DNA of 64,000 nucleotides from Acidimicrobiaceae bacterium (GTDB lineage Bacteria; Actinomycetota; Acidimicrobiia; Actinomarinales; Actinomarinaceae): NCBI GenBank assembly GCA_028404505.1, contig JAOOBM010000002.1, positions 7,027 to 71,026 of the forward strand, read 5' to 3'. Shown piece by piece: positions 54,853 to 64,000 of this stretch (position 1 is its first letter; each line of letters starts with the position of its first letter). The notes under the pieces were generated by a model. It saw only the letters and a program-made list of their open reading frames with translations, ran no database searches and was not told where the DNA came from. The position numbers and the translations under genes were made by a program.

Positions 54853-56225
54853 CTATCTAAAAAACAGTAGGGGTTCATTCTGCCTCTTGACGTTGGATCT
54901 AAGTATGGAAGACTGCAACTAACAGAATTAGGATTTTTGAGTCTTACTTCAAAATGTAAGTGTGGCCCTGATGATCTTCCAGTTGTGCCAACGGTGCCAA
55001 TTACATCACCTGTCACAACAGTTTGACCAACGGAAGCTTTTATTTGATTCATATGGAAGTAAAGAGTGGTCATACCTCCACCATGATCAATAAACACTGT
55101 CCTTCCAGCCAACCCATAATACCGTGCGAGAATTACCACACCACCAGCTGCAGCTTTTATAGGTGTTCCCGTCCTTCCTGGTATATCGATAGCACCATGA
55201 AAACTTGTAACGCCTCTAAATCGCCTCCATTTATAACCACTTGAAACGTAACTACCAGTTACTGGCCATGTTAATTTATCTGGAGCAACTCCCCCTAAAG
55301 TACTTAGTCTCTCAATATCAGCCTGAATAGCATCTTCAAGTTTTTCAAGATTGGCATGTTCAGCGTCTAGCTTTGCAAGTTGATTATTTGCTTGAGTTAG
55401 AAGATTTTGAGCATTTCTTCTTTCTGCTAATACTGCTGCCTTTTTATTTTCAACTTTTCGTTTTTCAGTTTCAACTCTATTTTTACTTTCTTCTACATCT
55501 TCAGCATACTCTTCAGCCTCAATCGAAATCTGATTCTTTTTCTCCTCTTCGATTTGTAGTGTAGAAATTATTTCCTCTCTTTCTTCCTCACGATCTTTCA
55601 GAAATTCAGTCTGGGTTTCAGATAAATTTTCAAAAGAATTTAAAGATTCAATTATTTCATATGCTGTATTTACAATTGCAGATGCATAACCTAGTACAGC
55701 AAGAAAGTCTGATAAATCATTTAAATCTACAAATAATGCAGTTGCTGGACTCATCACTCCATTGATGTACATATCAACAGCTTTTTCTTGTAATTGATCT
55801 TTTGCTGAATTTAGACTTTTTTGAGTCTCAAATAATTCATCTTTAACTTTTGAAATTTCATTTTTTGTGACGCCGAGAGTGACTTGCTCTTTTAGAATAT
55901 TTTGCTGAACAGCAGCAAGATTGTTTAAAGCCTCATCGTAACCTTCTAATGCATTCTCTAAAGCAAGCTCAGCAGCAATTAATTCCTTTTGTACCACAGC
56001 TAACTCATCATTTACCTTCTTTATAGCTGCGTCATTAGCCAATATTGCCTTTTCTAAATCGGTCTTCTCTCCTTCGTATTGCTTGATTTGATTAGCGACA
56101 GCAATAAGCTGTTTTTCAACCTCTTCAAGCCTTTCTTCAGCTGTGATTGCAAAAGAGGTATCTATAACAGCTGATTGAATAATTAGAAGAAATAATATTA
56201 AAGAGATAAAAAATTTTTTAATCAT
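54849..56225 (-). CDS. secreted coiled-coil M23 family peptidase (EnvC/RipC-like partner of FtsEX)
   Basis: Signal peptide, a coiled coil of about 300 aa, and a C-terminal M23 domain (HGAIDI...GPHLHFEV). It overlaps ftsX by 8 nt. Confidence 0.8.
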   Translation of the reverse strand: MIKKFFISLILFLLIIQSAVIDTSFAITAEERLEEVEKQLIAVANQIKQYEGEKTDLEKAILANDAAIKKVNDELAVVQKELIAAELALENALEGYDEALNNLAAVQQNILKEQVTLGVTKNEISKVKDELFETQKSLNSAKDQLQEKAVDMYINGVMSPATALFVDLNDLSDFLAVLGYASAIVNTAYEIIESLNSFENLSETQTEFLKDREEEREEIISTLQIEEEKKNQISIEAEEYAEDVEESKNRVETEKRKVENKKAAVLAERRNAQNLLTQANNQLAKLDAEHANLEKLEDAIQADIERLSTLGGVAPDKLTWPVTGSYVSSGYKWRRFRGVTSFHGAIDIPGRTGTPIKAAAGGVVILARYYGLAGRTVFIDHGGGMTTLYFHMNQIKASVGQTVVTGDVIGTVGTTGRSSGPHLHFEVRLKNPNSVSCSLPYLDPTSRGRMNPYCFLDR

Positions 56226-57093
56226 TTAATACTTTTCTTATCCCTACAAAGCTTGCAAAAAAACCGAAAATAATTGTTGAAAGCAACAACACCAAAGTCA
56301 AATTAATCAAATAAGAATCAGAGATTGCAATATCGAATATACTCTCAGCAATAAATGAAGTTTTTGAATACTGAATAAACCCCCATCCAAGTCCAACCGC
56401 AATACTTGTTCCAATTAAGGACTCAAATACAGCTTCAAAAATAAATGGTAAGCGGATATAGGTTGCTGATGCACCAATGGTCCTCATTATTTTAATTTCT
56501 TTTCTCTTAGCATATGCAGTAAGCCTCAAAGTATTAATAATTAATATAAAAGCTGCAAACGCAATTAAAACAGCAAAAATAGTTGCAGATAAAACAAGAG
56601 TATTTGTTAGCGTTAAAAGTCTTTCAATCGCTTCTCCGGAAGCTCTAATTTCTTTTACTGCCGGATTTCCATCCATTCTCTCAATAATTAGTTCATAATC
56701 AGCTGGATCATTCAAATTTATTCTTAGGGAAGTAGGAAGAATATCAAAGTCTACTTCTTGAACTAATTCTGGTTGATCTTGAAATAATGTCTTAAATTCT
56801 TCAGTTGCTTCAGATTTTGAAAAATATTCGACCATCCTTACTTCTGAGTAACTTTCTAATGTTTCTTGTAGTTGTTGATGAGCTGTAGAAGTAACTCTAT
56901 CATCTAAAAAAATTACTACATGAACCCCGTTTTGCCACCGTGATGTATTGTTTTCAACAATTGCTCTAGCTGAAAGTGTTGTGAATACTAAAAAAGAAGA
57001 CACAAGAACAGCAAGCATAGTTGCGATAACTAATAAAGGATTCCTTCTCATATTTATGAAAGTATTCTTTATCACATAATTTAGTTTTTTCAT
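56218..57093 (-). CDS. ftsX: cell division permease-like protein FtsX
   Basis: 4-TM topology with a large first extracytoplasmic loop, downstream of ftsE. Confidence 0.85.
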   Translation of the reverse strand: MKKLNYVIKNTFINMRRNPLLVIATMLAVLVSSFLVFTTLSARAIVENNTSRWQNGVHVVIFLDDRVTSTAHQQLQETLESYSEVRMVEYFSKSEATEEFKTLFQDQPELVQEVDFDILPTSLRINLNDPADYELIIERMDGNPAVKEIRASGEAIERLLTLTNTLVLSATIFAVLIAFAAFILIINTLRLTAYAKRKEIKIMRTIGASATYIRLPFIFEAVFESLIGTSIAVGLGWGFIQYSKTSFIAESIFDIAISDSYLINLTLVLLLSTIIFGFFASFVGIRKVLND

Positions 57094-57099
57094 ATCGCC

Positions 57100-57777
57100 T
57101 TAGATATACCTTCCTTGATCAACATCGCTTATCAATTTACCTTCTTTGAGTTGTATGACTCTCTTCTTGCGTCTATTTACTATTGATGAGTCATGAGTTG
57201 CCATTAAAACTGTTGTTCCAGCTCTATTAATTTTTTCAAGCAAAGTAACAATTTGAATACTTAAATCTGGATCTAAATTGCCAGTTGGTTCATCACATAA
57301 AAGTACTAATGGATTTGATGCCAGTGCTCTAGCAATACAAACTCTTGTTTGTTCACCCCCTGAAAGTTGATTAGGAAATTTATACATGCTTTGGTTCAAA
57401 TCAACCAAATCTATAAGTGTGCTTGTCTTTTCATCTATTTCTTTTTCATCAAAACCTAGGACTTCTAATGCAAAACTTATATTTTCGTAAGTAGTCCTAT
57501 CCTCTAGAAGCTGGGGTTCCTGTGTTACAATACCTAATTTTCTTCTTAGCAATGGTATTTTCCATTTTGGCAAAGAGGTTACATCCATATCGACGACCTC
57601 AATCTCTCCTTTTGTAGGTGAATATTCTTTGTATAAAAGTTTTAGTAACGAGGATTTCCCACTTCCCGAATGACCAATAATGTATGCAAATTCACCTTCA
57701 GAAATTTGTGTGGAGACATTTGAAAGCGCAACACTTCCTCCTTGAAAAACTAATGAAACGTTATCTAATTTAATCAT
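57100..57777 (-). CDS. ftsE: cell division ATP-binding protein FtsE
   Basis: Walker A GHSGSGKSS, signature LSGGEQTR and Walker B LLCDEPTG. Confidence 0.9.
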   Translation of the reverse strand: MIKLDNVSLVFQGGSVALSNVSTQISEGEFAYIIGHSGSGKSSLLKLLYKEYSPTKGEIEVVDMDVTSLPKWKIPLLRRKLGIVTQEPQLLEDRTTYENISFALEVLGFDEKEIDEKTSTLIDLVDLNQSMYKFPNQLSGGEQTRVCIARALASNPLVLLCDEPTGNLDPDLSIQIVTLLEKINRAGTTVLMATHDSSIVNRRKKRVIQLKEGKLISDVDQGRYI

Positions 57778-58874
57778 TTAATCCCTGTCTACGCCATTTT
57801 AGATACTCATTTATAAATATGTTAATATCTCCATCTAAAACTGATTGTATATTTCCGACTTCAATATTTGTTCTTGAATCTTTTACTTGTTGATAAGGTT
57901 GCATAACATAAGATCTTATTTGCCTACCCCATCCAGCTTCAACTTGTTCTCCTCTTATTGAATCAAGTTTTTTTAATTTTTCCTCTTTTTCCTGGATGAT
58001 TAATTTTGATTTAAGAAGACTTAATGCACGAATTTTATTTTGTAATTGTGATCTTTCTGCCTGGCATGCAACAACAATACCTGTTGGAATATGTGTGACT
58101 CTAACAGCTGAATCAGTAGTATTTACATGTTGTCCTCCCGCCCCTGAAGACCTATAAACGTCTATACGGATATCATCATCATTTAATTCATAGTCTTCAG
58201 AATCTTCAATTAAAGGAATAACATCTACTCCAGCAAAACTTGTATGTCTTCTTTTATTGCTGTCAAATGGACTTATCCTTACCAACCGATGAACTCCCCT
58301 TTCACTTTCTAAATTTGCATATGCTCTAAAATTTTCAACCCTGATAGAGCCTGATTTTATTCCAGCTTCTTCCCCTGATGATATTTCTTCAATTTCATAT
58401 TTCATATCATTGTTGTCTAGAAATCTTGTATACATTCTTAATAATATTTCCGCCCAATCATGAGCATCTACGCCACCGGCACCCGCATTTACTGTCAAAA
58501 CTGCGGAATAATTATCAAACTCTTCTGAATAAAGTGATTCTTCTTCAAGATCTTGAATTTTTTTCTCTGTTTCATCAAGCGGATTCTTTAATTCATCTAA
58601 TTCAGATAAATTGTCCTTACTTAATTCAATAAGTTCTTCAAGATCTTTAATTTCTATATCAATAATCTCTAGCAAATTTACAATTTTTTCAATATTCGAT
58701 GCATTTTTAACTATATTTTGAGCGTTAGGGTTTGATGACCAAAAATTTTCTTTCGAAATGACTTTATTAATTTCTAGAAGTTGTTTTTTCTTGTTATCAA
58801 AGTCAAAGATACTCCTTGGCAGAAGTTATTCTCTCTTTAAAATCTACAACCTTATTTATGAGCTCTTTATACAT
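57770..58874 (-). CDS. prfB: peptide chain release factor 2, requiring a programmed +1 frameshift
   Basis: ORF0, MYKELINKVVDFKERITSAKEYL-TGA, starts at 58874. After a +1 shift at CTT TGA C (TGA at 58805..58803) the frame continues DFDNKKKQLLEINK... into the 57770..58675 ORF, which carries the GGQ motif. Confidence 0.9.
58802..58817 (-). promoter_or_regulatory. prfB programmed +1 frameshift site with an internal SD-like element
   Basis: The coding strand reads AAGGAG TAT CTT TGA C, nearly identical to the classic RF2 autoregulatory site. Confidence 0.85.
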
Positions 58875-61456
58875 TTATCTATCATTCCGCATTTTTTATA
58901 TTTTATGCCAGAACCGCAATAGCACGGATCATTTCTTCCAATTTTATCTTTGTTGTCTGCATTCGTTTTGTTGTTCTTTTCTTTATCTAAATTGTTATTT
59001 TCATTTGTGATTTTTTCAAAGTTTAATAAAAGTCTAACAACAGATAATTTTACATTGTGAATTAAATCTTCAAATAAATCATATCCCTCTTTTTGATATT
59101 CAACTAGTGGATCTCTTTGGCCCATTGCTCTTAGACCAATTCCCGATCTTAAATAATCCATTTCTGAAAGATGATTTTTCCATGATTGATCAATAAATGA
59201 CAATGAGCCCATTCTTGCTAAATTCATAAAATTATTTTTGTCCGATTCGAAATTTTTAACATACAAAGATTGAAGAATTGGTGTTATTTGTAATTTATCA
59301 TTTACTTCAATATCTCTAAAAATTTCTTTTTTTATATTATCTGACAAGATCAAACTTAACTCATCATCAACAAAATTTTTAAAATCTTCAACAGTTTCAT
59401 ATTGAGTTTTATAACTATCAATATTATTTTGTAAATCATCAAAAATATCGTCACGCCAATCAATAATTAGATTTTCAATATTGTCAGACTTTAGTAATTC
59501 TCTTCTCCATTTATAAATTACGTCTCTTTGTTGATTTAGAACCTGATCAAACTTTAGTACATTTTTTCTAATTTCAAAGTTCAGTGATTCAACCTGGGCT
59601 TGTGCTCTTTCAATACTTTTTGTAACCATGCTTTGTTCAATTTTTTCATCATCTGGAAGATTGAGCTTGTCCATAATTGACTGTATTCTTTCACCTTGAA
59701 ATCTTCTCATTAAATCATCCTCGAGACTTATGTAAAATCTAGATTCACCAGGATCACCTTGTCTTCCTGATCTTCCTCTTAGCTGATTATCTATTCTTCG
59801 AGATTCGTGCCTTTCAGTTCCAATGACATAAAGACCCCCCAATTGAATTACTTTCTCTTTTTCTTCACTAATAATTGATTCAAATTTACTCATTAAATTA
59901 TCCACAAATTTTGGATCATCAGATTTATTTTCATTTTCTGCTTGGGTTTTAGCCATAAATTCACTATTACCTCCAAGTTTTATATCTACACCTCTACCCG
60001 CCATATTTGTTGCAACGGTTACAGATTTTAATCTTCCAGCTTGAGCAATAATTGCTGCCTCTTCCAAATGATTTTTAGCATTTAATACAGAATGTTTTAT
60101 GCTATTTTTTGTTAACTCCTTTGAAATTTCTTCTGATGAATCAACGGAAACAGTACCCAGTAAGACTGGTTGACCAATTTCATGTCGATGTTTTATATCA
60201 TCCACTACAGCCTTTAACTTTGCCTTTTTTGTTTTATAAACTGTATCCTGATTGTCGTTTCTTGCGATAGGTAAATTGGTTGGTATCTCAACAACTTCAA
60301 GATTGTAGATTTGAATAAGTTCCTCTTCTTCAGTTTTAGCTGTACCTGTCATACCGGCAAGATGTTCATACATTCTAAAATAATTCTGATAAGTTATGGA
60401 AGCTAATGTTTGGTTTTCATCTTGAATGCTTACATTTTCTTTTGCTTCAATTGCTTGATGAAGTCCATCAGAATATCGTCTACCCTCTAGAACACGGCCA
60501 GTAAATTCATCTACTATTTTTACTTGACCATCTGAGACAATATAATCCACATCTTTTTTATATATTTCTTTTGCACGCAAAGAAGCTGTTAGATAATGAA
60601 TGAAGTTTGTAGATGTATTTTCATAAAGATTTTCAATACCTAGTTTTTGTTCTATATATTCAATACCATCTTCAGTTGGATGAATTTGTTTCTTAGATTC
60701 ATCAACTTCATAGTGAAATTCTTTTTTCATTTGTTTTACAAATTTTGAAAATTGTAAATACCATTTTGTAGACTCCTCTACTCTTCCAGAAATAATTAAT
60801 GGGGTTCTAGCTTCATCAACTAATATTGAATCGACTTCATCAATAACTGCATAAAATAAATTTCCCTGAGTTAATTGGTCAGAGGACTGGGCCATGTTGT
60901 CTCTTAAATAATCAAATCCAAATTCATTATTAGTTCCATAAATAATATCTTTTTTATATTCAGAGACTTTTTCTTGATATTCTTGATTTGAATAAATTAA
61001 ACCTACTTCTAAACCTAAAAAGTTGTAAATTGGACTCATCCATTCAGCATCTCTTCTAGATAGATAATCATTCACAGTTACAACATGAACGCCTTGTTCG
61101 AAAAGTGACATAAATGAGATTGGAAGTGTAGAAACTAATGTTTTACCCTCTCCTGTTTTCATCTCTGCTATCTTATTTCTAAGTAAAACCATTCCACCAA
61201 ATAACTGGACATCGTAATGTCGTTGTCCAATCGTTCTTTTAGATGCCTCTCTTACAAGAGAAAATGCTTCAACCTCATAATCAAACTTATTTTCATTGGT
61301 AATTTTTACTTTTAGTTCTTGAAATTTATTTTTTATTTCTTCGTCAGAATATTTTTCAACCTCAGACTCTAGATTATTAATTAACTGAACTTTTTTATCA
61401 AGCTCTTGAGCAAGCTTTCCACTTCCAACAGATAAGACTTTTTTAAAGATACTCAA
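58856..61456 (-). CDS. secA: preprotein translocase ATPase SecA
   Basis: DEAD-like motor motifs (MKTGEGKT, VIDEVDS) and a C-terminal zinc finger CYCGSGIKYKKCG. Confidence 0.97.
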   Translation of the reverse strand: MSIFKKVLSVGSGKLAQELDKKVQLINNLESEVEKYSDEEIKNKFQELKVKITNENKFDYEVEAFSLVREASKRTIGQRHYDVQLFGGMVLLRNKIAEMKTGEGKTLVSTLPISFMSLFEQGVHVVTVNDYLSRRDAEWMSPIYNFLGLEVGLIYSNQEYQEKVSEYKKDIIYGTNNEFGFDYLRDNMAQSSDQLTQGNLFYAVIDEVDSILVDEARTPLIISGRVEESTKWYLQFSKFVKQMKKEFHYEVDESKKQIHPTEDGIEYIEQKLGIENLYENTSTNFIHYLTASLRAKEIYKKDVDYIVSDGQVKIVDEFTGRVLEGRRYSDGLHQAIEAKENVSIQDENQTLASITYQNYFRMYEHLAGMTGTAKTEEEELIQIYNLEVVEIPTNLPIARNDNQDTVYKTKKAKLKAVVDDIKHRHEIGQPVLLGTVSVDSSEEISKELTKNSIKHSVLNAKNHLEEAAIIAQAGRLKSVTVATNMAGRGVDIKLGGNSEFMAKTQAENENKSDDPKFVDNLMSKFESIISEEKEKVIQLGGLYVIGTERHESRRIDNQLRGRSGRQGDPGESRFYISLEDDLMRRFQGERIQSIMDKLNLPDDEKIEQSMVTKSIERAQAQVESLNFEIRKNVLKFDQVLNQQRDVIYKWRRELLKSDNIENLIIDWRDDIFDDLQNNIDSYKTQYETVEDFKNFVDDELSLILSDNIKKEIFRDIEVNDKLQITPILQSLYVKNFESDKNNFMNLARMGSLSFIDQSWKNHLSEMDYLRSGIGLRAMGQRDPLVEYQKEGYDLFEDLIHNVKLSVVRLLLNFEKITNENNNLDKEKNNKTNADNKDKIGRNDPCYCGSGIKYKKCGMIDKCIKSS

Positions 61457-61458
61457 AT

Positions 61459-62706
61459 TTAGCTTGTGCCATGCTCCCAGGAGTCGAGATAATCAATTTG
61501 CTCTTTGGTAAGTATTTCTAACTCTCCACCCATGAGTCCTAATTTTGTAGCTGCAATTTTTAAATCAACTTCGTTTGGAAGAGTGTAAACCTTGGGCTCT
61601 AATTCTTCATGATTTTCTTTAATCCATTCAGCAGCTAATGCCTGGTTAGCAAATGACATATCCATTACAGAAGCTGGATGCCCAGATGCTGCAGCTAAAT
61701 TAACAAGTCTTCCTTCAGCAAGTACTAATATTTCTTTTCCATCATATAAATAACTTTCAACGTGGTCCCTAACTCTATGAACCTCAGCACTTTCTTGTTT
61801 CAATGCTTCTAAATTAATTTCCACATCAAAATGTCCTGCGTTAGCTAAAACTACCCCATCTTTCATTACATCAAAATGTTGTTTGTCCAATGCGTGCATG
61901 TTACCTGTCACAGAAACAATTACATCTGCAATTTTTGAAGCATTTATACTACTCTTTACCTCGTAACCATGCATCAAAGCCTCTAAAGCACGCACAGAAT
62001 TTGGCTCAACAACTGTAACTTTTGCACCCATTCCATATGCTCTCTCTGCAACTCCTTTTCCACAATCTCCAAAACCGATAACAACAACATCTAAACCAGC
62101 AATTAAAAGATCTGTCGCTCTAACAACACCATCCATAGCGCTTTGACCAGTTCCAAATCTATTATCAAATAAATGTTTCGTTTCTGAATCGTTTACAGCA
62201 ACGACAGGAAAACGCAACTTATTATTTTTTTCCATCGATTTTAGTCTTATCACTCCTGTTGTAGTTTCTTCCATTGAACCCATAATTGGAATATCAGATC
62301 TATCCGTTAATAATAGTGTTACTAAATCTGCTCCATCATCCATTGTTATATCCGGTTTGGTATCTAATACAGAATTGAGATGATTAAAAAAATCATCATT
62401 TGATACCCCATGCACAGCATGTACTTCGATATCATTCTCAGATAAATATGCCGCAACCGAATCCTTAGTTGATAATGGATTAGATGCACATAAGGCAACA
62501 TTTGCTCCTGCAGCCTTTAAAGTAAGCATTAAATTAGCCGTTTCTTTTGTAACATGCATACAAGCACCTATATTTAAACCATTTAGGGGTTTAGAGGATG
62601 AAAACTCTGTCTTAATTTCCTCAAGGACTTTCATTTGCCTTGCAGCCCAATCAACTTCTTGTTGGCCGATTGTTGCTAAATTTTTATCCTTTATTGTAGA
62701 CATCAC
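61459..62706 (-). CDS. ahcY: adenosylhomocysteinase
   Basis: NAD fold VVIGFGDCGKG and conserved SAHH sequence. Confidence 0.95.
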   Translation of the reverse strand: MMSTIKDKNLATIGQQEVDWAARQMKVLEEIKTEFSSSKPLNGLNIGACMHVTKETANLMLTLKAAGANVALCASNPLSTKDSVAAYLSENDIEVHAVHGVSNDDFFNHLNSVLDTKPDITMDDGADLVTLLLTDRSDIPIMGSMEETTTGVIRLKSMEKNNKLRFPVVAVNDSETKHLFDNRFGTGQSAMDGVVRATDLLIAGLDVVVIGFGDCGKGVAERAYGMGAKVTVVEPNSVRALEALMHGYEVKSSINASKIADVIVSVTGNMHALDKQHFDVMKDGVVLANAGHFDVEINLEALKQESAEVHRVRDHVESYLYDGKEILVLAEGRLVNLAAASGHPASVMDMSFANQALAAEWIKENHEELEPKVYTLPNEVDLKIAATKLGLMGGELEILTKEQIDYLDSWEHGTS

Positions 62707-63698
62707 CCTCCTAACAGTTTTTTCAACTTTTCAATTGTATCTATATTGTTTGGATTAACAGCAAGTTTTGCAGCAAGATTTAAGCTTACCAAATCACCTA
62801 GTAATACTAACTCCAATAGAGTTTTTAGTGTACTTTCTTGATTGGCTACATTTACATCCATAATATCTACTTTTTCCCCTATTAAATCTTTGGTAAGTTC
62901 AAATCTTTTTTTAATTTGAGGATGTTCATTTTGATCTCTAATGAAAATAACAATATAGTTTTTTTTACTTCCATCTTTATCTGCATCCCAAGAGAGAATT
63001 TCATTATGATGAACCTCTGGTAAATTACCTATAAAAGCTTTAGATTTAGCATTCTCATTAATTTGTGTTTTCCAACGTGACGAAACAACTCTTGACATGT
63101 CGGTACCTGAATAAATAATTACAGTTTTTTTATTAATACTTTCACATATATCGATTGATAACTTATTGATATCTGATTCATCACCCTTATCAGACAATTT
63201 ATCAATGTATAAACTTACATCATTTAATTGAGATACATAATTTGAACCCTCAACAACATCAACTATTTTTGAAACAGCAAGTGTGAGATATCCAAATGCT
63301 GCCCTTGGTTGTAAACCATTTGGAATTTGAATATATTCTTTACCTTCATTTTTGGCCATATCTATCAACTTGCCACCACTTGAAATAACTATCCAGTCAA
63401 AATTGTTTATTTTTGCATCAGATATTCCTGATAAAGTTTCCTCCGTATTGCCAGAATAAGAAATAAATAGACATAGAGGTTTAAACTTTCTAACTTGTTT
63501 AGGGATTGAATAATCTTTCTGTACAAAAATATTTTTATCAGATATCTCGTTTGATAATAACTTCATTACATCACCGGCAACACCTGATCCACCCATGCCC
63601 ATAATTAATAAACTTTCGTATGAAACTTTTTCAAGATTACTTGAATATTCGAGATCGGATATTATTTGATTTTTTAAGTCAAAAGCAATATTTAACAT
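62703..63698 (-). CDS. SIS-domain bifunctional phosphoglucose/phosphomannose isomerase family protein
   Basis: The GMGGSG SIS motif, the size, and the position between manB-like and ahcY genes as in other Actinobacteria. Confidence 0.7.
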   Translation of the reverse strand: MLNIAFDLKNQIISDLEYSSNLEKVSYESLLIMGMGGSGVAGDVMKLLSNEISDKNIFVQKDYSIPKQVRKFKPLCLFISYSGNTEETLSGISDAKINNFDWIVISSGGKLIDMAKNEGKEYIQIPNGLQPRAAFGYLTLAVSKIVDVVEGSNYVSQLNDVSLYIDKLSDKGDESDINKLSIDICESINKKTVIIYSGTDMSRVVSSRWKTQINENAKSKAFIGNLPEVHHNEILSWDADKDGSKKNYIVIFIRDQNEHPQIKKRFELTKDLIGEKVDIMDVNVANQESTLKTLLELVLLGDLVSLNLAAKLAVNPNNIDTIEKLKKLLGG

Positions 63699-64000
63699 CT
63701 ATAAACTTATTATATTTGAAATTTTATCAATGATGCTATCTAAAGTTTTTTGATTTACTGCTTCTGCATTTAATCGAAGCATGGGTTCAGTGTTTGATCC
63801 TCTTACGTTAAACCAAAAATCGTCAGCAAAATACGATATTCCATCTAATTTATCAAATTCACCCCCAAAAGAATTTTCGATTTTATTCAGACTTATTTCT
63901 ACATCTTCAACCATATAATTAATTTCACCTGATGATGGAAAAAAATCATAATTTTCTACAAGTTCCGAACTTTTAACATTTTTTTCAGATAATATTTTTA
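63699..64000 (-). CDS. phosphomannomutase/phosphoglucomutase, 3' fragment (gene continues past the window end)
   Basis: The C-terminal domain motif FNVRGSNTEPMLRLNAE is present, and the frame stays open upstream to position 64000 (…SGEINYMVEDV…). Confidence 0.7.
   Translation of the reverse strand, partial: KILSEKNVKSSELVENYDFFPSSGEINYMVEDVEISLNKIENSFGGEFDKLDGISYFADDFWFNVRGSNTEPMLRLNAEAVNQKTLDSIIDKISNIISL

Overview
This is an AT-rich, very gene-dense bacterial chromosome segment. Most spacers are under 20 bp, many start and stop codons overlap, and almost all genes sit on the minus strand. Several hallmarks point to a streamlined low-GC actinobacterium, possibly a marine Ca. Actinomarinales-type lineage (inference only): a WhiB regulator, a DUF3107-like protein, an LmbE/Mca-type deacetylase, a TLxTC sortase, and the gene order hom-thrC ... 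rho-rpmE-prfA-prmC-tsaC ... atpBEFHAGDC. Housekeeping content includes pstS/pstC, the full F1Fo ATP synthase operon, glyA, prfA/prmC/tsaC, rho, hom/thrC, prs/glmU, tRNA-Gln and ispE/rsmA/tatD/rsmI. It also includes mscL, an ABC exporter, tmRNA, trxA, smpB, ftsEX plus an M23 peptidase, prfB with its +1 frameshift, secA, ahcY and a PGI/PMI-manB pair. The outstanding feature is a four-gene, translationally coupled operon of about 15.3 kb (16469..31801, minus strand) inserted between thrC and rho. It encodes a 3745-aa IPFTG-anchored giant surface protein built from about 29 divergent Cys-bracketed modules. It also encodes a sortase carrying a cytoplasmic RecA-C-terminal-domain-like segment, a polytopic membrane protein of unknown family, and a membrane-anchored Thr/Ser-rich HExxH protein. 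A TetR gene lies upstream, and copies of a 14-bp palindromic motif flank the operon on both sides. Other notable items are an AhpD-like gene with an in-frame TGA exactly at the second Cys of its CxxC motif (candidate selenoprotein), an expanded set of secreted Thr-rich HExxH proteins, and an AbrB-like gene at the position abrB occupies in Bacillus.
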